Source: a virus. Taken from it: DNA of 64,000 bases. Positions 17,072 to 27,067 of the stretch are shown piece by piece; the stretch's first letter is position 1, and each line of letters opens with the position of its first letter. Below the pieces are notes generated by a model. That model was not told the origin of the DNA, ran no database searches, and saw only the letters and a program-made list of their open reading frames with translations. The stretch covers positions 1 to 64,000 of IMG/VR virus record IMGVR_UViG_3300010158_000028, one strand, 5' to 3'. The position numbers and the translations under genes were made by a program.

Positions 17072-17264
17072 TTCTCACATCTCTTATCCATTCAATCTTA
17101 TCACGCCATTCCCTATACAATATAGGATCATTATAATATATCTCTGCTAACTGTTTCTGCAATACGCCTAACTGATAAGAAAGAATTAAATTCTTATCTT
17201 TATACTTAGTAATACTATCTAAATCATAAGCGATTTCTCGTCTTATGAATTCTGCATCTTTCAT
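17064..17264 (-). CDS. hypothetical protein
   Basis: Coupled ORF. Confidence 0.55.
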   Translation of the reverse strand: MKDAEFIRREIAYDLDSITKYKDKNLILSYQLGVLQKQLAEIYYNDPILYREWRDKIEWIRDVRNE

Positions 17265-17602
17265 TCATTCTCTTTGTTACTAATATGGTTTAATCTATCC
17301 TGCTCAATAAACTCGCTAAGTATGATCTCACACATTTCATTTAATGTGATATCTCTATCATGTGCCATTAACATTAAATTATGTAATTCATCTTTTTCTA
17401 AATCAAGAAGAATTTCTTCTTTTTGTTCTTTCTTTTGTTTCTGCATTTCTTCATACCTACTTAAATAATATTCTTTTGTTGCACTAATAAACAAATTCAT
17501 TCTATCATATGTTCTATAACTATCATATCCTTCAGGATCATTTAATGCACGGTCAATAACAATACCATACTTGATTGCTAAATTCTTAATTGCTTCATTC
17601 AT
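17261..17602 (-). CDS. hypothetical protein
   Basis: GGAG RBS; 'LMLMAHDRDITLNEM'. Confidence 0.6.
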   Translation of the reverse strand: MNEAIKNLAIKYGIVIDRALNDPEGYDSYRTYDRMNLFISATKEYYLSRYEEMQKQKKEQKEEILLDLEKDELHNLMLMAHDRDITLNEMCEIILSEFIEQDRLNHISNKENE

Positions 17603-17611
17603 GTTAGTCTC

Positions 17612-18121
17612 CTAGTCCCATAATGCTCTGTAATATTTACCAAATAAATCTAAACCTTCTTGTATCTTTGGATCGTTAATAATTTTATCATCATCTTTTA
17701 TTATTTTTTCAAAAGACCAAATCATTTTATCCATAATTTTGTCCCATTCTTCTACTGCAGAATTGAATGCTGCATCATCTCCTTCCTTATAAAACTCAAA
17801 ACATGATTGGACACTATTACTATCATACTTTACCAAACCGCCAGGAATACCATGTTGAGTTGCTTTTAACTGTTTCAACATTGGTAAGATAATCATTGCT
17901 AAAGTATGATCCATACTCCAAGTATCCCACTTATCAATCTGAATTGATATTTTTCGTTTGTGTTTATTATGGATCCATTCACACAAATCTTTCACCCAAG
18001 TTTCACACAACCATTCACCAATCTTATAACATGTATCTTCAGACACACCAACCTTTTGAAATAAATCAGCAAATTGGTATGGACCCCACCAGTCTAAGTA
18101 TGGCCCAATTTTTACTTTCAT
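17612..18121 (-). CDS. conserved phage protein
   Basis: 'WDTWSMDHTLAMIILPML' and 'GLDLFGKYYRALWD'. Confidence 0.7.
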   Translation of the reverse strand: MKVKIGPYLDWWGPYQFADLFQKVGVSEDTCYKIGEWLCETWVKDLCEWIHNKHKRKISIQIDKWDTWSMDHTLAMIILPMLKQLKATQHGIPGGLVKYDSNSVQSCFEFYKEGDDAAFNSAVEEWDKIMDKMIWSFEKIIKDDDKIINDPKIQEGLDLFGKYYRALWD

Positions 18122-18321
18122 TATCTTGCTTTCAATATATTAAATGATAAAAATGACGTTAATAAAAATGCCGCACACCATGTGTCAAAGGTATACGGAA
18201 TTGCTAAAACAGGAAACAAAGTATTAAAACACCAAATAGATAAAAGTGGTGAAAAAACTATAATACTTGCTGCTATAACAACTATACTAATTCCTAATAA
18301 TATTTTCATAATCATATTCAT
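18121..18321 (-). CDS. small membrane protein
   Basis: Two hydrophobic segments. Confidence 0.6.
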   Translation of the reverse strand: MNMIMKILLGISIVVIAASIIVFSPLLSIWCFNTLFPVLAIPYTFDTWCAAFLLTSFLSFNILKAR

Positions 18322-18602
18322 TTAACACCTCCTAAAACAACCTCAACTTGTTTAATAGAGTCATATCTAAAACTCCGCCAACCTTGATTCTCTAAATCAA
18401 ATACCGCAATAACTTCATCATTTACTTTTCTGTTATCTTCAGATTTTGGCGCAAACTCTTGTGGAATAACATTCTCATTTAATGTTGCTTTCATTACACG
18501 CTCAGTACCATCTTTTTTGGTAAATGTAACAATAGCACCTTCTTTACTTAGTAACTTCTTCAACCATGTCTTACTTTTTTTATCTGTAAATAATAGTTCC
18601 AT
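18318..18602 (-). CDS. WYL_2/DUF2693 Sm-like SH3 beta-barrel protein
   Basis: 'VTFTKKDGTERVMKATL' and 'VFDLENQGWRSFR'. Confidence 0.8.
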   Translation of the reverse strand: MELLFTDKKSKTWLKKLLSKEGAIVTFTKKDGTERVMKATLNENVIPQEFAPKSEDNRKVNDEVIAVFDLENQGWRSFRYDSIKQVEVVLGGVK

Positions 18603-18611
18603 AATAATCTC

Positions 18612-19031
18612 CTAATTGTTAGCAATACTTTCTGCCATCTCTTTCACATTCTTTTGTTGTTCTAAAACTTTTATCAATACTTCTTGTAAAAAACTTTCAA
18701 ACCATTCTACTGTCTTATCTGTCTTTTTTATAAACATACCGTAAAATTTAGGTAATAAACTTGTTGCATAGTAAACTGGATCTCTGAATATTGCTTCAAA
18801 AGTATCATCAAAATCCATTTCAGCCACATTTTCTTTATTAGATTTAAACAATATTACATGATATTTGTCACCTACTTTGGTACCTTCTATAGGATTACCA
18901 CGACTATATTTGTCTTTCAATTCAAAGAAAGATATATCAACATTCCCATCATCATCTGGTGAAACCATAAAACCATCATAGAATTCATCTTTTAAATTAT
19001 CATCCATAATACTACTCCTATCACTAACCAT
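18612..19031 (-). CDS. hypothetical protein
   Basis: Acidic ORF in an operon. Confidence 0.55.
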   Translation of the reverse strand: MVSDRSSIMDDNLKDEFYDGFMVSPDDDGNVDISFFELKDKYSRGNPIEGTKVGDKYHVILFKSNKENVAEMDFDDTFEAIFRDPVYYATSLLPKFYGMFIKKTDKTVEWFESFLQEVLIKVLEQQKNVKEMAESIANN

Positions 19032-19089
19032 TCAGTAAATGTAAATTGATAACACCAATTTGGTAATTGGTAACTTATATAATGCCACA

Positions 19090-19341
19090 TTAGTTAATGA
19101 ATTCTCCTAGACCTCTTCGTGCTGCAGTAACAGAGGTATATTTTTCTTTGTTTATTAATATATATCTTTGACTATAAACTTTTACAATTCCATACTTGAA
19201 TGGAATCTTGTAAAATACTTTTTTATCGTTTATTTTTTCTCTTAATCTTGTTAAAAGAGGGGCATCGGTAAGTCCGGCATATTGAATAGTCTCTTCAATC
19301 TCTTGTGCCGCTTGACTACGAGCAAATGCAATAGGAATCAT
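19090..19341 (-). CDS. hypothetical protein
   Basis: Start MIPIAF downstream of the promoter at 19369-19397. Confidence 0.5.
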   Translation of the reverse strand: MIPIAFARSQAAQEIEETIQYAGLTDAPLLTRLREKINDKKVFYKIPFKYGIVKVYSQRYILINKEKYTSVTAARRGLGEFIN

Positions 19342-19368
19342 AATATAAACTTTCTCAATTAAAAACAT

Positions 19369-19397
19369 ATTATATAACAACTAAACCTGAATGTCAA
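19369..19397 (-). promoter_or_regulatory. sigma70-type promoter
   Basis: TTGACA, 17 nt, TATAAT. Confidence 0.7.
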
Positions 19398-19999
19398 CTA
19401 TATCTTGTAATATTACCGTTTTCATGGACAAAGAATGCTTCAAAATTAATATTGTCAAATTCTTTTTTCAATCCTAAAAATGCATCTAGATTACCTGCAT
19501 GGTCATCAAACATTCTGGCAATAGTATAATTACCTTTTTTTAACTTGGTTCGAGCAATCTCTGCCTTTGCTGCTGGACCAGGCATTGATAAATTACCGGC
19601 ACGATGCACATGCACCCGCTTAATATCAAAACCATATTTGTCAAAGGTCTTTAAGAATAAATTCTTATCATCCAAATCAACCCGAGCAGTGATTATGATA
19701 ATCTCTTTTTGAGGTGTATTTCTAAACTTATCAAGCATCCGCTTTGCAGTTTTAAATACTGTATCAACTGGTTTAGCAGTCTTATTAAATATTGCCGAGG
19801 ATCTGAATTCAGAAAAATCAAATACTTCACCATCTTTTTTATCATATACATTGTATTCTGCAGGTGTAAGTGATCCAACCTTCTTACCATCCTTCATTAC
19901 ATGAACCGAAGTTTTGGTGCGGAATAAAGTATCATCAATATCAAATATTGATAAACTTGACTCAATATCCTCTTTAATAAATTCTTTGAATGATATCAT
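19394..19999 (-). CDS. HAD-superfamily phosphatase-like protein with capsid-targeting-like N-terminus
   Basis: 'FDIDDTLF', 'ITAR', 'FDD'; starts MISFKEFIKE; late-promoter-like GATAAATA at 20005-20012. Confidence 0.75.
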   Translation of the reverse strand: MISFKEFIKEDIESSLSIFDIDDTLFRTKTSVHVMKDGKKVGSLTPAEYNVYDKKDGEVFDFSEFRSSAIFNKTAKPVDTVFKTAKRMLDKFRNTPQKEIIIITARVDLDDKNLFLKTFDKYGFDIKRVHVHRAGNLSMPGPAAKAEIARTKLKKGNYTIARMFDDHAGNLDAFLGLKKEFDNINFEAFFVHENGNITRYS

Positions 20000-20162
20000 A
20001 CTATTATTTATCAATTAAAACCTTTGAAAACATCATACACAAAATCAAAACATGATACTTTAAAAGTCTGGGTAAAATTACCAGATTTTATACGATATCC
20101 ACCACTGTCCAATTGATATAGAGTAACTTTTCTTTTATTAACAACCCGTGATAAAATAAATT

Positions 20163-20384
20163 TCATTTGATTATCCCTATAAAGTAAATTAGTAAAAGAC
20201 CAGAATTAACAGCGATCATTGCCGAATCCTTAATACGAATACTCCATATAAGGAATACAATAGAACCCATGTTAAGTAAGTATATATTCAACGGATCAAT
20301 ACGAAAACTGGTACATAAAGCACCTGCCAAAGTAATTGCCGTTGCAAACCATTTCAAGTAGTTATTCATCATCATGTATACCAT
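20163..20384 (-). CDS. small membrane protein
   Basis: Three hydrophobic segments; true start probably at one of the downstream Met codons. Confidence 0.6.
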   Translation of the reverse strand: MVYMMMNNYLKWFATAITLAGALCTSFRIDPLNIYLLNMGSIVFLIWSIRIKDSAMIAVNSGLLLIYFIGIIK

Positions 20385-20432
20385 TATACACGATTATATC
20401 CAAATGTCAAGCGTAATCGTAACTTATTGATT
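20383..20432 (-). promoter_or_regulatory. early promoter plus IHF-consensus box
   Basis: TTGACA 20405-20410, 16 nt, TATAAT 20383-20388; AATCAATAAGTTA 20420-20432. Confidence 0.8.
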
Positions 20433-20687
20433 TTATTGACTTTTTTCTAACTCAAAATGTTCCTTTAAAATCAGTCTGGCAGAGTTGGAATTGCGTACCT
20501 CCCGTTCATGCAATATCTTAATACATTCCTCTACTGTTAACCGCATAAACTGTTCCAGAGTATCACCACCCACTAATGGATAATGACTGCCACCCGCCAT
20601 CAATGCTAATTCTTTACATTTAGGACTCATCTTTTTTCCTTGTTCGTTCAATATCTCTACCAACATAATAACCGAGAAAAAATACAA
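20433..20687 (-). CDS. 'F..LIV.EC' family small phage protein
   Basis: 'EQFMRLTVEECI..LKEHFE'. Confidence 0.55.
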   Translation of the reverse strand: MYFFSVIMLVEILNEQGKKMSPKCKELALMAGGSHYPLVGGDTLEQFMRLTVEECIKILHEREVRNSNSARLILKEHFELEKSQ

Positions 20688-20892
20688 TACTGATCAAAAT
20701 GAATAAAGCCATTACCTGATCATTATTTAAAGGCATCATACACTGTTCCCCATAACATAATACCAAAATGCAATTGAAGCGAAATATACAATAATATATT
20801 TGCCTATATTTTTACCAAATAAACCTTGATTAAAAAAAGCAAACGTCATGCCTAACATAAAAGAAAATAAATTAAGTCGGGCAAACGATATA

Positions 20893-21123
20893 TCAAATAT
20901 ACTCAAAGTTTCCATAATCCTCATCCATGCCAAAACCTGCAGAAGTCATGGCACTATCAAAGTCACCATCCATACTATCATCATAATCATCATTCAAATA
21001 ATTTTGAATAACATAATTAACATCGGAAAAATCTACCTTCAACATCTTTGCAACTTCTAACGGAGTCCAACCATCCTCAAAAGCATCAATAATTTGTTCT
21101 TGCATATTAGAAAAATAACCCAT
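20893..21123 (-). CDS. hypothetical acidic protein
   Basis: 'SMDGDFDSAMTSAGFGMDEDYG'. Confidence 0.6.
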   Translation of the reverse strand: MGYFSNMQEQIIDAFEDGWTPLEVAKMLKVDFSDVNYVIQNYLNDDYDDSMDGDFDSAMTSAGFGMDEDYGNFEYI

Positions 21124-21300
21124 TATACATTCTCCCCATAAAATTGTGCATCATCATCATAAGAATTTGCCGCATATTGCAGTGATTCATACTCCATTGC
21201 CATCTCTACAATTTCCTGCTCGGATGGTTGCCAATTTGTTTCATTCAACAATTCATATAAACTGGTAATAGGCTTCATAATAATCTCCATCAAAGAATAC

Positions 21301-21329
21301 ATTATATAACAGAATCACTACAATGTCAA
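21301..21329 (-). promoter_or_regulatory. early promoter
   Basis: TTGACA, 17 nt, TATAAT. Confidence 0.75.
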
Positions 21330-21970
21330 GCGGCAATTTTCAACATAATAACTTTTTTCATTGCCCGACCATGTTGAGGATAACCAATCACATCTACCGA
21401 CTTATCATAACATGCACGGCAACCAGAACATTTTCCACCATTCTGATATGCGGTACACAATGTAACACCTTCTGGTACATTATCAGTAGGCAATATTGTT
21501 GAACCGTGAATACCTTTTGTGAATTCACCCATAACAGAATCACTTGAAAAGCGAACCTTAACATTAGGTAAAGAATCCATCTCTTTCAAGATTGGTTGAA
21601 ATTTTACAAATTTAAACATGCGAGTTGGTAACCAATGCTTCACATGAGGAGTAGCTTTCATTACCTCAAGCATTTTATTTGCCAACTTTAGTGAATACAT
21701 ATCACCAGAATCAAACCAACGGAAATATTTTTGTTTCTTTAATGCTTCAACCATATCGGCAACCCAACCATCTCGTTCCCAATCCTCTTGATTCTCAGCA
21801 CGGACTAATTTAACGCCAGGAAAATGATATGTACCTTGAGTAGCATAGCAACCTTTACATGCATCAACCAACCCACCATCTTTTGCTTTACTTCCAGGAC
21901 ATGTAGTTAATGCCTGTAAAGACCAAGATTTAATATTGTCTAACTTGCTGGTTTTAGAAATATGTAACAT
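21326..21970 (-). CDS. GP88-family (Cys-rich, radical-SAM-like) protein
   Basis: 'TCPGS', 'CKGCYA', 'FRWFDSGD', 'HWLPTR', 'CSGCRAC'. Confidence 0.75.
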   Translation of the reverse strand: MLHISKTSKLDNIKSWSLQALTTCPGSKAKDGGLVDACKGCYATQGTYHFPGVKLVRAENQEDWERDGWVADMVEALKKQKYFRWFDSGDMYSLKLANKMLEVMKATPHVKHWLPTRMFKFVKFQPILKEMDSLPNVKVRFSSDSVMGEFTKGIHGSTILPTDNVPEGVTLCTAYQNGGKCSGCRACYDKSVDVIGYPQHGRAMKKVIMLKIAA

Positions 21971-22000
21971 TTACTGCTCCAAATCAATTAATCAGACTAC

Positions 22001-22049
22001 ATTATACCATAGTTGGAACAAATGTCAAGCGTTTTCTAAGTTGTTGTTT
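22001..22049 (-). promoter_or_regulatory. early promoter cassette plus IHF-like box
   Basis: TTGACA 22023-22028, 16 nt, TATAAT 22001-22006; AAACAACAACTTA 22037-22049. Confidence 0.8.
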
Positions 22050-22211
22050 TTAAAGGGTTTTTTCTACACTCTTCTTTTGCTTGGACTGGCATATCTGGAC
22101 TAATCTCCGCCCACCTACAGTCAATTACCTTTTGATCTTCGATATTCAGACTAATGCTAACCAACAATAAAGAAAAAAGTATGATAATAATTAATATCTC
22201 GGTTATTATTT

Positions 22212-22787
22212 TCACTTCTTTACTCCATACAGAATCATCATTACATCCAAGATACAATCATCAACAGGATTATGTTTGGTAACATGTAAAAAAGAATCAA
22301 AACCTGGATATTCAATCTTACAATAACCGTTCTCTGTATTATAAAGAAAATCAACTGCTGTCCTAACATCTCTCCATCTATGGTATTCAAATACAGGTTC
22401 TATTTCAACATCATCACATAACGAATCCAATACAGACTGATCTAGATTACCTCTAGCCCATACCCATTTCTTTTTATCATTACCATAAGTATTAGCCCAC
22501 TTTGCTAATTGTTCTAAACCATTCTTTGCAGATACATCAATATCAGATGGTTTAAATGATTTGATTCTAGCATTCTCACACTGCTTTGCCCACCAATCAA
22601 TAGTGCTTTTAGATACACTTCTTTTATATTGTTTAATCTGTTCTTGTGCATCAAATTTTATAAAGATAGAATCTTTTCTTAATGTCTCTGGTGATGGTTT
22701 TGCATCAGGATCAAAATGAACACAAGCCATTGATAGTATTACCGAACTTGAATTTTTATTTAGAGTCTCTACATCAAACATGAACAT
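22212..22787 (-). CDS. DEDDh 3'-5' exonuclease (DexA/Rv2179c-like)
   Basis: 'FDVETL', 'WWAKQ', 'VWARGNLD', 'RDVRT', 'HNPVDDC'. Confidence 0.82.
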   Translation of the reverse strand: MFMFDVETLNKNSSSVILSMACVHFDPDAKPSPETLRKDSIFIKFDAQEQIKQYKRSVSKSTIDWWAKQCENARIKSFKPSDIDVSAKNGLEQLAKWANTYGNDKKKWVWARGNLDQSVLDSLCDDVEIEPVFEYHRWRDVRTAVDFLYNTENGYCKIEYPGFDSFLHVTKHNPVDDCILDVMMILYGVKK

Positions 22788-23035
22788 TATTCGTCTAACT
22801 CCCAATGTGATTTAATCAAGTCTGCAGTATTAGGTAAAATGAGTCCAGCTAAACTCTCTCCATACTTTACACAATTCTCATGGTTATCATTAGCAATTGC
22901 CGCACACTCTCTAACGATATCCCTTACAAATTCTTCTAATTGTTGTTCAGTGAATTCATAGTAAGTATCTATGCGACTCTTAACGGGTACTCTAGAGAAC
23001 ATTGTAGTTTTAGATTTAAATAATTCTTCGTTCAT
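22787..23035 (-). CDS. 'F..LIV.EC' family small phage protein
   Basis: 'EEFVRDIVRECA..LIKSHW'. Confidence 0.6.
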   Translation of the reverse strand: MNEELFKSKTTMFSRVPVKSRIDTYYEFTEQQLEEFVRDIVRECAAIANDNHENCVKYGESLAGLILPNTADLIKSHWELDE

Positions 23036-23197
23036 ACCTTAACATCCACATTTTGACCTAATTGTTTAACTTTATTTTCTTCTCTTAGTCTTTCTTCTTG
23101 TATTTCCATTACCCGTCTTTGTTGCTTAATATCATCTATTTTCCTCTCATAGATTCTATTCTCAACCATTCTTCGGTATTGTTCTACATTCATAGTT

Positions 23198-23692
23198 TTA
23201 AGCCTCTGCTACATGAATATTACATTTACGTAAAAAAGATAATCCTTCTATACTTCTATATTCTTTATTATAATAAAATGCTTTAATACCAGATTGATAG
23301 ATTAACTTTGCACAATCTAAACAAGGTGCATGGGTGCATACCATTATTGCACCATCACCTGATTCAGTAGACCTTGCTAACTTAGATATCGCATTAGACT
23401 CAGCATGAATTACTTCTGGTTTAGTTTTTAAACGATACCAACCTTTACCAGTGCCGGTAAATCCTAATCGCTTCATTTCATCTGGAGAGGGGATTTGTTC
23501 GTTATTACCAACGTATTCGGTATTCTCACAAGTATTATCCCATCCAGAAGGCATACCATTATAACCAATACTTATAATCCGATTATCTTTAATAATCAAT
23601 GCACCGACCTTTAATCGCACTGCACTACTCAACTTCGCATACACATGTGCTACTTCCATATGTGCTTGAAGATGCTTTGGATTAATTTCCAT
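23198..23692 (-). CDS. dCMP deaminase
   Basis: 'KVGA', 'GYNG', 'HAESNA', 'PCLDC'. Confidence 0.92.
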   Translation of the reverse strand: MEINPKHLQAHMEVAHVYAKLSSAVRLKVGALIIKDNRIISIGYNGMPSGWDNTCENTEYVGNNEQIPSPDEMKRLGFTGTGKGWYRLKTKPEVIHAESNAISKLARSTESGDGAIMVCTHAPCLDCAKLIYQSGIKAFYYNKEYRSIEGLSFLRKCNIHVAEA

Positions 23693-24003
23693 GCTTTGCT
23701 TCTAATACTCTTAAATCATTTGCCGCATCAGATACTCCATGCCAATCACTCTCTTGTACCTTCATTAACAAGTAATCAATATATGCTTGTCTTTGTTCTC
23801 CATACTTCTTTTCATCTTCAGTATATACTACTTTCCAGTTATTCATTATTTGCCTTTAGTTGGTATCTTAATACAAACACAGTTAATCTTTTTATCAGAT
23901 AAAGTATTCTTTGCTTCTATGCAATCTTCTTTCAAATCATACTTTGCCCATATCTCCATATTTGGGTTCATTGCTCCAATAGTAATAATTATTAATGCCC
24001 AGG

Positions 24004-24324
24004 TCATGAATATTCAATATCCATTACTTTAACATTATCAGGCATAATTTCCATTGGATACTTCTTCATAAACCCACTTAACACGCCAGCACCGTATCCT
24101 GTTGTTCCATATGAACCTTTTCTACATTCATATACAGAACCACTATGGCCGTGGAAGTAATAATAGTCATCATCCTCTGTAACACTCTTAACACCAGAAT
24201 TTAATTGCCAACTATCACCATCAGTATATCCACCACTCCATGTAGCAAATATCTTATAGATTGTATCAATCTTTACCATTAACCATCTATTTGGTGTGTA
24301 TGTCATCTTTCCACTCCTATCCAA
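24004..24324 (-). CDS. conserved phage protein
   Basis: 'WSGGYTDGDSWQLNSG' and 'GHSGSVY'. Confidence 0.65.
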   Translation of the reverse strand: MDRSGKMTYTPNRWLMVKIDTIYKIFATWSGGYTDGDSWQLNSGVKSVTEDDDYYYFHGHSGSVYECRKGSYGTTGYGAGVLSGFMKKYPMEIMPDNVKVMDIEYS

Positions 24325-24336
24325 GTAATACTATCA

Positions 24337-25023
24337 TTAGACATTATACTTCTTCTCAATCAATTTAATTGCTTTAGCCATTGCTGCATCTATTACATCT
24401 CTAGTAAATGTAGTCATACCATGATGCCTGATAGAATCATCATTCTTTAGTATATCTATAATCTCAGATGGAATTCTTGCCGCTTCTTCTAGTAAATCAG
24501 CAATACGATCATTAGAACCTTCTTGAACACTTTTACGACCAGGAATCTGTCTGCGAATCTCTGCCCGTTTCTGTAACCGAAATACTAGACTCTGTTCCTC
24601 AACTGGTAAATGACTTTCGTCTTTTGTCATTTTATTTTCCTTTAGTTTGTTCTCAACAATCACTGCCGGTAATAACAGAACAGCCGCATGATTACCTGCT
24701 CTAGCTAATCCTTTAACTTCTTCAACTGACTTATCTAACAAATTGCTTGAGTCATCCCAAGCAACAAGTGCGGCAATAGCTCCCCACGCAGCATCCCACG
24801 CAGCATCCCACGCAGCAGCCAACGCAGCATCCCTCGCAGCAACCAACGCAGAATTCAACGTAGCCGCACTCGCAGCATCCCACGCAGCTCTCCACGCAGC
24901 AGCCCACGCAGCAGCCAACGCAGCATCTTCCGCAGCATCCCACACGTCTGGGTTTTCTTCTAGCGTCTTTATGACCCAGTCGATGTGATTGGCATTGGGT
25001 AAGTGGCTCCATTTTTCAGTCAT
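24337..25023 (-). CDS. AAW-repeat protein apparently fused to a downstream conserved small phage protein
   Basis: AAW(D/A/R) tetrapeptide repeats; internal ATG at 24630 (MTKDESHLP) with a purine-rich RBS. Confidence 0.65.
   Translation of the reverse strand: MTEKWSHLPNANHIDWVIKTLEENPDVWDAAEDAALAAAWAAAWRAAWDAASAATLNSALVAARDAALAAAWDAAWDAAWGAIAALVAWDDSSNLLDKSVEEVKGLARAGNHAAVLLLPAVIVENKLKENKMTKDESHLPVEEQSLVFRLQKRAEIRRQIPGRKSVQEGSNDRIADLLEEAARIPSEIIDILKNDDSIRHHGMTTFTRDVIDAAMAKAIKLIEKKYNV
24783..24941. repeat. 12-nt degenerate tandem repeat (CCCACGCAGCAT-like) encoding AAWx
   Basis: Visible GC-rich periodic array; a related array lies at about 25460-25645. Confidence 0.85.
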
Positions 25024-25310
25024 GCTTGTCCCCTCGCTCGAATCGCTTGCGCTAATGGCTGACGCACTTTGTCAGGCCACTCAGGCAATTCAAGAGTTTC
25101 ACAAATAGTTGCACACGCTTCACGCTCTGCTTCTATTGCTTTTTGTATTTCTTCTATACTATTGTCTACATAATTAATAATGTCTTGGTTGCTCATTTTC
25201 TCTATTCTTTCCCTTTCTATTTTCCTATTGAGTTCCAAACCTTCCACCTCCATGATTCCGTTCCAATATAGTATTCCATGGGTTTTATTTGGCTCAAACA
25301 TATCGTTCAT
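25020..25310 (-). CDS. hypothetical protein with 'EREACA...AIRARGQA' tail
   Basis: Modular C-terminus common in phages. Confidence 0.6.
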   Translation of the reverse strand: MNDMFEPNKTHGILYWNGIMEVEGLELNRKIERERIEKMSNQDIINYVDNSIEEIQKAIEAEREACATICETLELPEWPDKVRQPLAQAIRARGQA

Positions 25311-25731
25311 TCTTTAACTCCTTTAGTTTATATTTGACAACGACAGCTGGCAACATAAGAACAGCAGAATGGTTACCTTCACTACCTAACTTAGCAACTT
25401 CTTCAATTGACATATTCAGCAACTTGTTTGAGTCATCCCAAGCGATAAGTGCAAAAATTGCATCCAACGCATCATTCCTCGCAGCATCCAACGCAGCAGC
25501 CCACGCAGCATCCAACGCAGCATTCTTTATTGAAGCATCCCGCACAACACCCCACCCAGCATACCTCGCAGCAATCCACGCATCACTCCACGCAGCAGCC
25601 CTAGAAGCATCCCACGCAACACGCCAAGCAGCATCTGTTGCAGCGCTCCACACCTCTGGATTTTCTTTTAGTGTGTCCAAAACCCAATTAATATGCTCTG
25701 CGTTAGGTAAGTGACTCCATTCTGTAGTCAT
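25294..25731 (-). CDS. AAW-repeat protein, paralog of 24337..25023
   Basis: 'MTTEWSHLPNAEHINWV' versus 'MTEKWSHLPNANHIDWV'; 'ALIAWDDS'. Confidence 0.7.
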   Translation of the reverse strand: MTTEWSHLPNAEHINWVLDTLKENPEVWSAATDAAWRVAWDASRAAAWSDAWIAARYAGWGVVRDASIKNAALDAAWAAALDAARNDALDAIFALIAWDDSNKLLNMSIEEVAKLGSEGNHSAVLMLPAVVVKYKLKELKNERYV

Positions 25732-25806
25732 GCTTGTCCCCTTGCACAAATGATGTATATCTTGTTCATTCTTCAATCCCAATCAAAAAAATGATCTAAC
25801 AACAAC

Positions 25807-25965
25807 TCACCAAGCTCCGTGGCGGAGATAATCTCGTTCTACTACATTAATACATTCCCGAACAATCAACTCGGCAAACTTCTCCATATCATATGGATTA
25901 TCACCGTCTCGATTGATAATGCTAATATAACACTGATCTTTCAACTCCTTGATTCGTTCGTTCAT
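25807..25965 (-). CDS. 'F..LIV.EC' family protein, possibly frameshift-truncated (not in the ORF track)
   Basis: MNERIKELK...MEKFAELIVRECI; a typical tail (HF..GIEE) appears downstream in other frames. Confidence 0.55.
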   Translation of the reverse strand: MNERIKELKDQCYISIINRDGDNPYDMEKFAELIVRECINVVERDYLRHGAW

Positions 25966-26153
25966 TATTTCATCTCCAACATATTAGGTAAATGATTTTG
26001 CCGCTTGAATAGCATCATCAATTGAATTATAAGTCTGGTAATACCGTTCATTACCACCATACTGCGGGATTTCATATACCTCATACAATCCCATTCCATT
26101 TTGATAAACTATTCCATATGATTCTTCACCATATGAATAAGAAAACACCTGTT

Positions 26154-26363
26154 TCATTCCTCAATCCTCCATCCAATCAGTTCATATTTCCACGCATCTG
26201 GCATTTTGGTATTCAACTCATCTATGCGTGTTTTCGCTTTGATATTCAGCCTCTCAAATGGAGTTTTATCCCAATCTAAACAATTCTTTGAAGATATCTT
26301 ATCTTCAAAGACTATACCAGTTTCCAAATTAGTTTTGCTAAACCATAGTTGTGGTTTATTCAT
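26154..26363 (-). CDS. hypothetical protein
   Basis: Coupled ORF. Confidence 0.55.
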   Translation of the reverse strand: MNKPQLWFSKTNLETGIVFEDKISSKNCLDWDKTPFERLNIKAKTRIDELNTKMPDAWKYELIGWRIEE

Positions 26364-26553
26364 TTTTCTGTCCAGCGTATGTTAAACAAATCGTAGGATT
26401 AGCACTTGTAGCACATGCATAAGCTAACGGATCATCAGCCTTTGATATCTTATCATTAGTATATACTGTGCAAACACCTAATGTAACAATTAAAATACAT
26501 ACAGTAATTGTAATTAACTTATATACTGCTAACCAAAATTTATCCTCTTCCAC
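26356..26553 (-). CDS. small membrane protein
   Basis: GAGG RBS, GTG start, TM segment. Confidence 0.55.
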   Translation of the reverse strand: MEEDKFWLAVYKLITITVCILIVTLGVCTVYTNDKISKADDPLAYACATSANPTICLTYAGQKNE

Positions 26554-26629
26554 GATTAACCTCTCTTTTCAAGAGTATATACTTATGAAAATGTATATAC
26601 TTATTAATAACTACAGACGGAATCATAAG

Positions 26630-27067
26630 TTACCAACTACTCGTATAACTAAAAGACCATTGTTTATCTAACTCTAGTGTATTATCTATAATAGTTATAG
26701 TATCTCTTAGATCACCCATATAACTCTCATCGTAATCTACACCACCGAAAAAGAAACCGCCAAGAGATGGTAACATACTAGAAGCCAAAGAAGCATTTCC
26801 CAATACTATCTTACACTGCTGGCGCAATTGTTCCAACTGCTCTCTACTTACATCATACTCTTCGCAATCATCTTTTCCATCCTGAACATTAGTCACAAAC
26901 CAGTTATGGATAGCATTAGCTTTGCGCCAGTAACCAACTTCAGCATCAATACCATATACTAATAAATTCTTAGGAAGTAATGCATTAATATCACTGCATA
27001 ACTGTTTATCTTCAGATTTATACTCACGTACCTGCCGATTACCTCTCAAATACATATCTAGACCCAT
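26630..27067 (-). CDS. conserved phage protein
   Basis: 'MGLDMYL', 'YWRKANAIHNWF', 'GFFFG', terminal 'SSW'. Confidence 0.75.
   Translation of the reverse strand: MGLDMYLRGNRQVREYKSEDKQLCSDINALLPKNLLVYGIDAEVGYWRKANAIHNWFVTNVQDGKDDCEEYDVSREQLEQLRQQCKIVLGNASLASSMLPSLGGFFFGGVDYDESYMGDLRDTITIIDNTLELDKQWSFSYTSSW

Noticed and set aside
24752-25012. Cys-rich GCCV-repeat ORF (metallothionein or RiPP-like)
   Set aside because: It is an alternate-frame product of the 12-nt AAW repeat, with no RBS.
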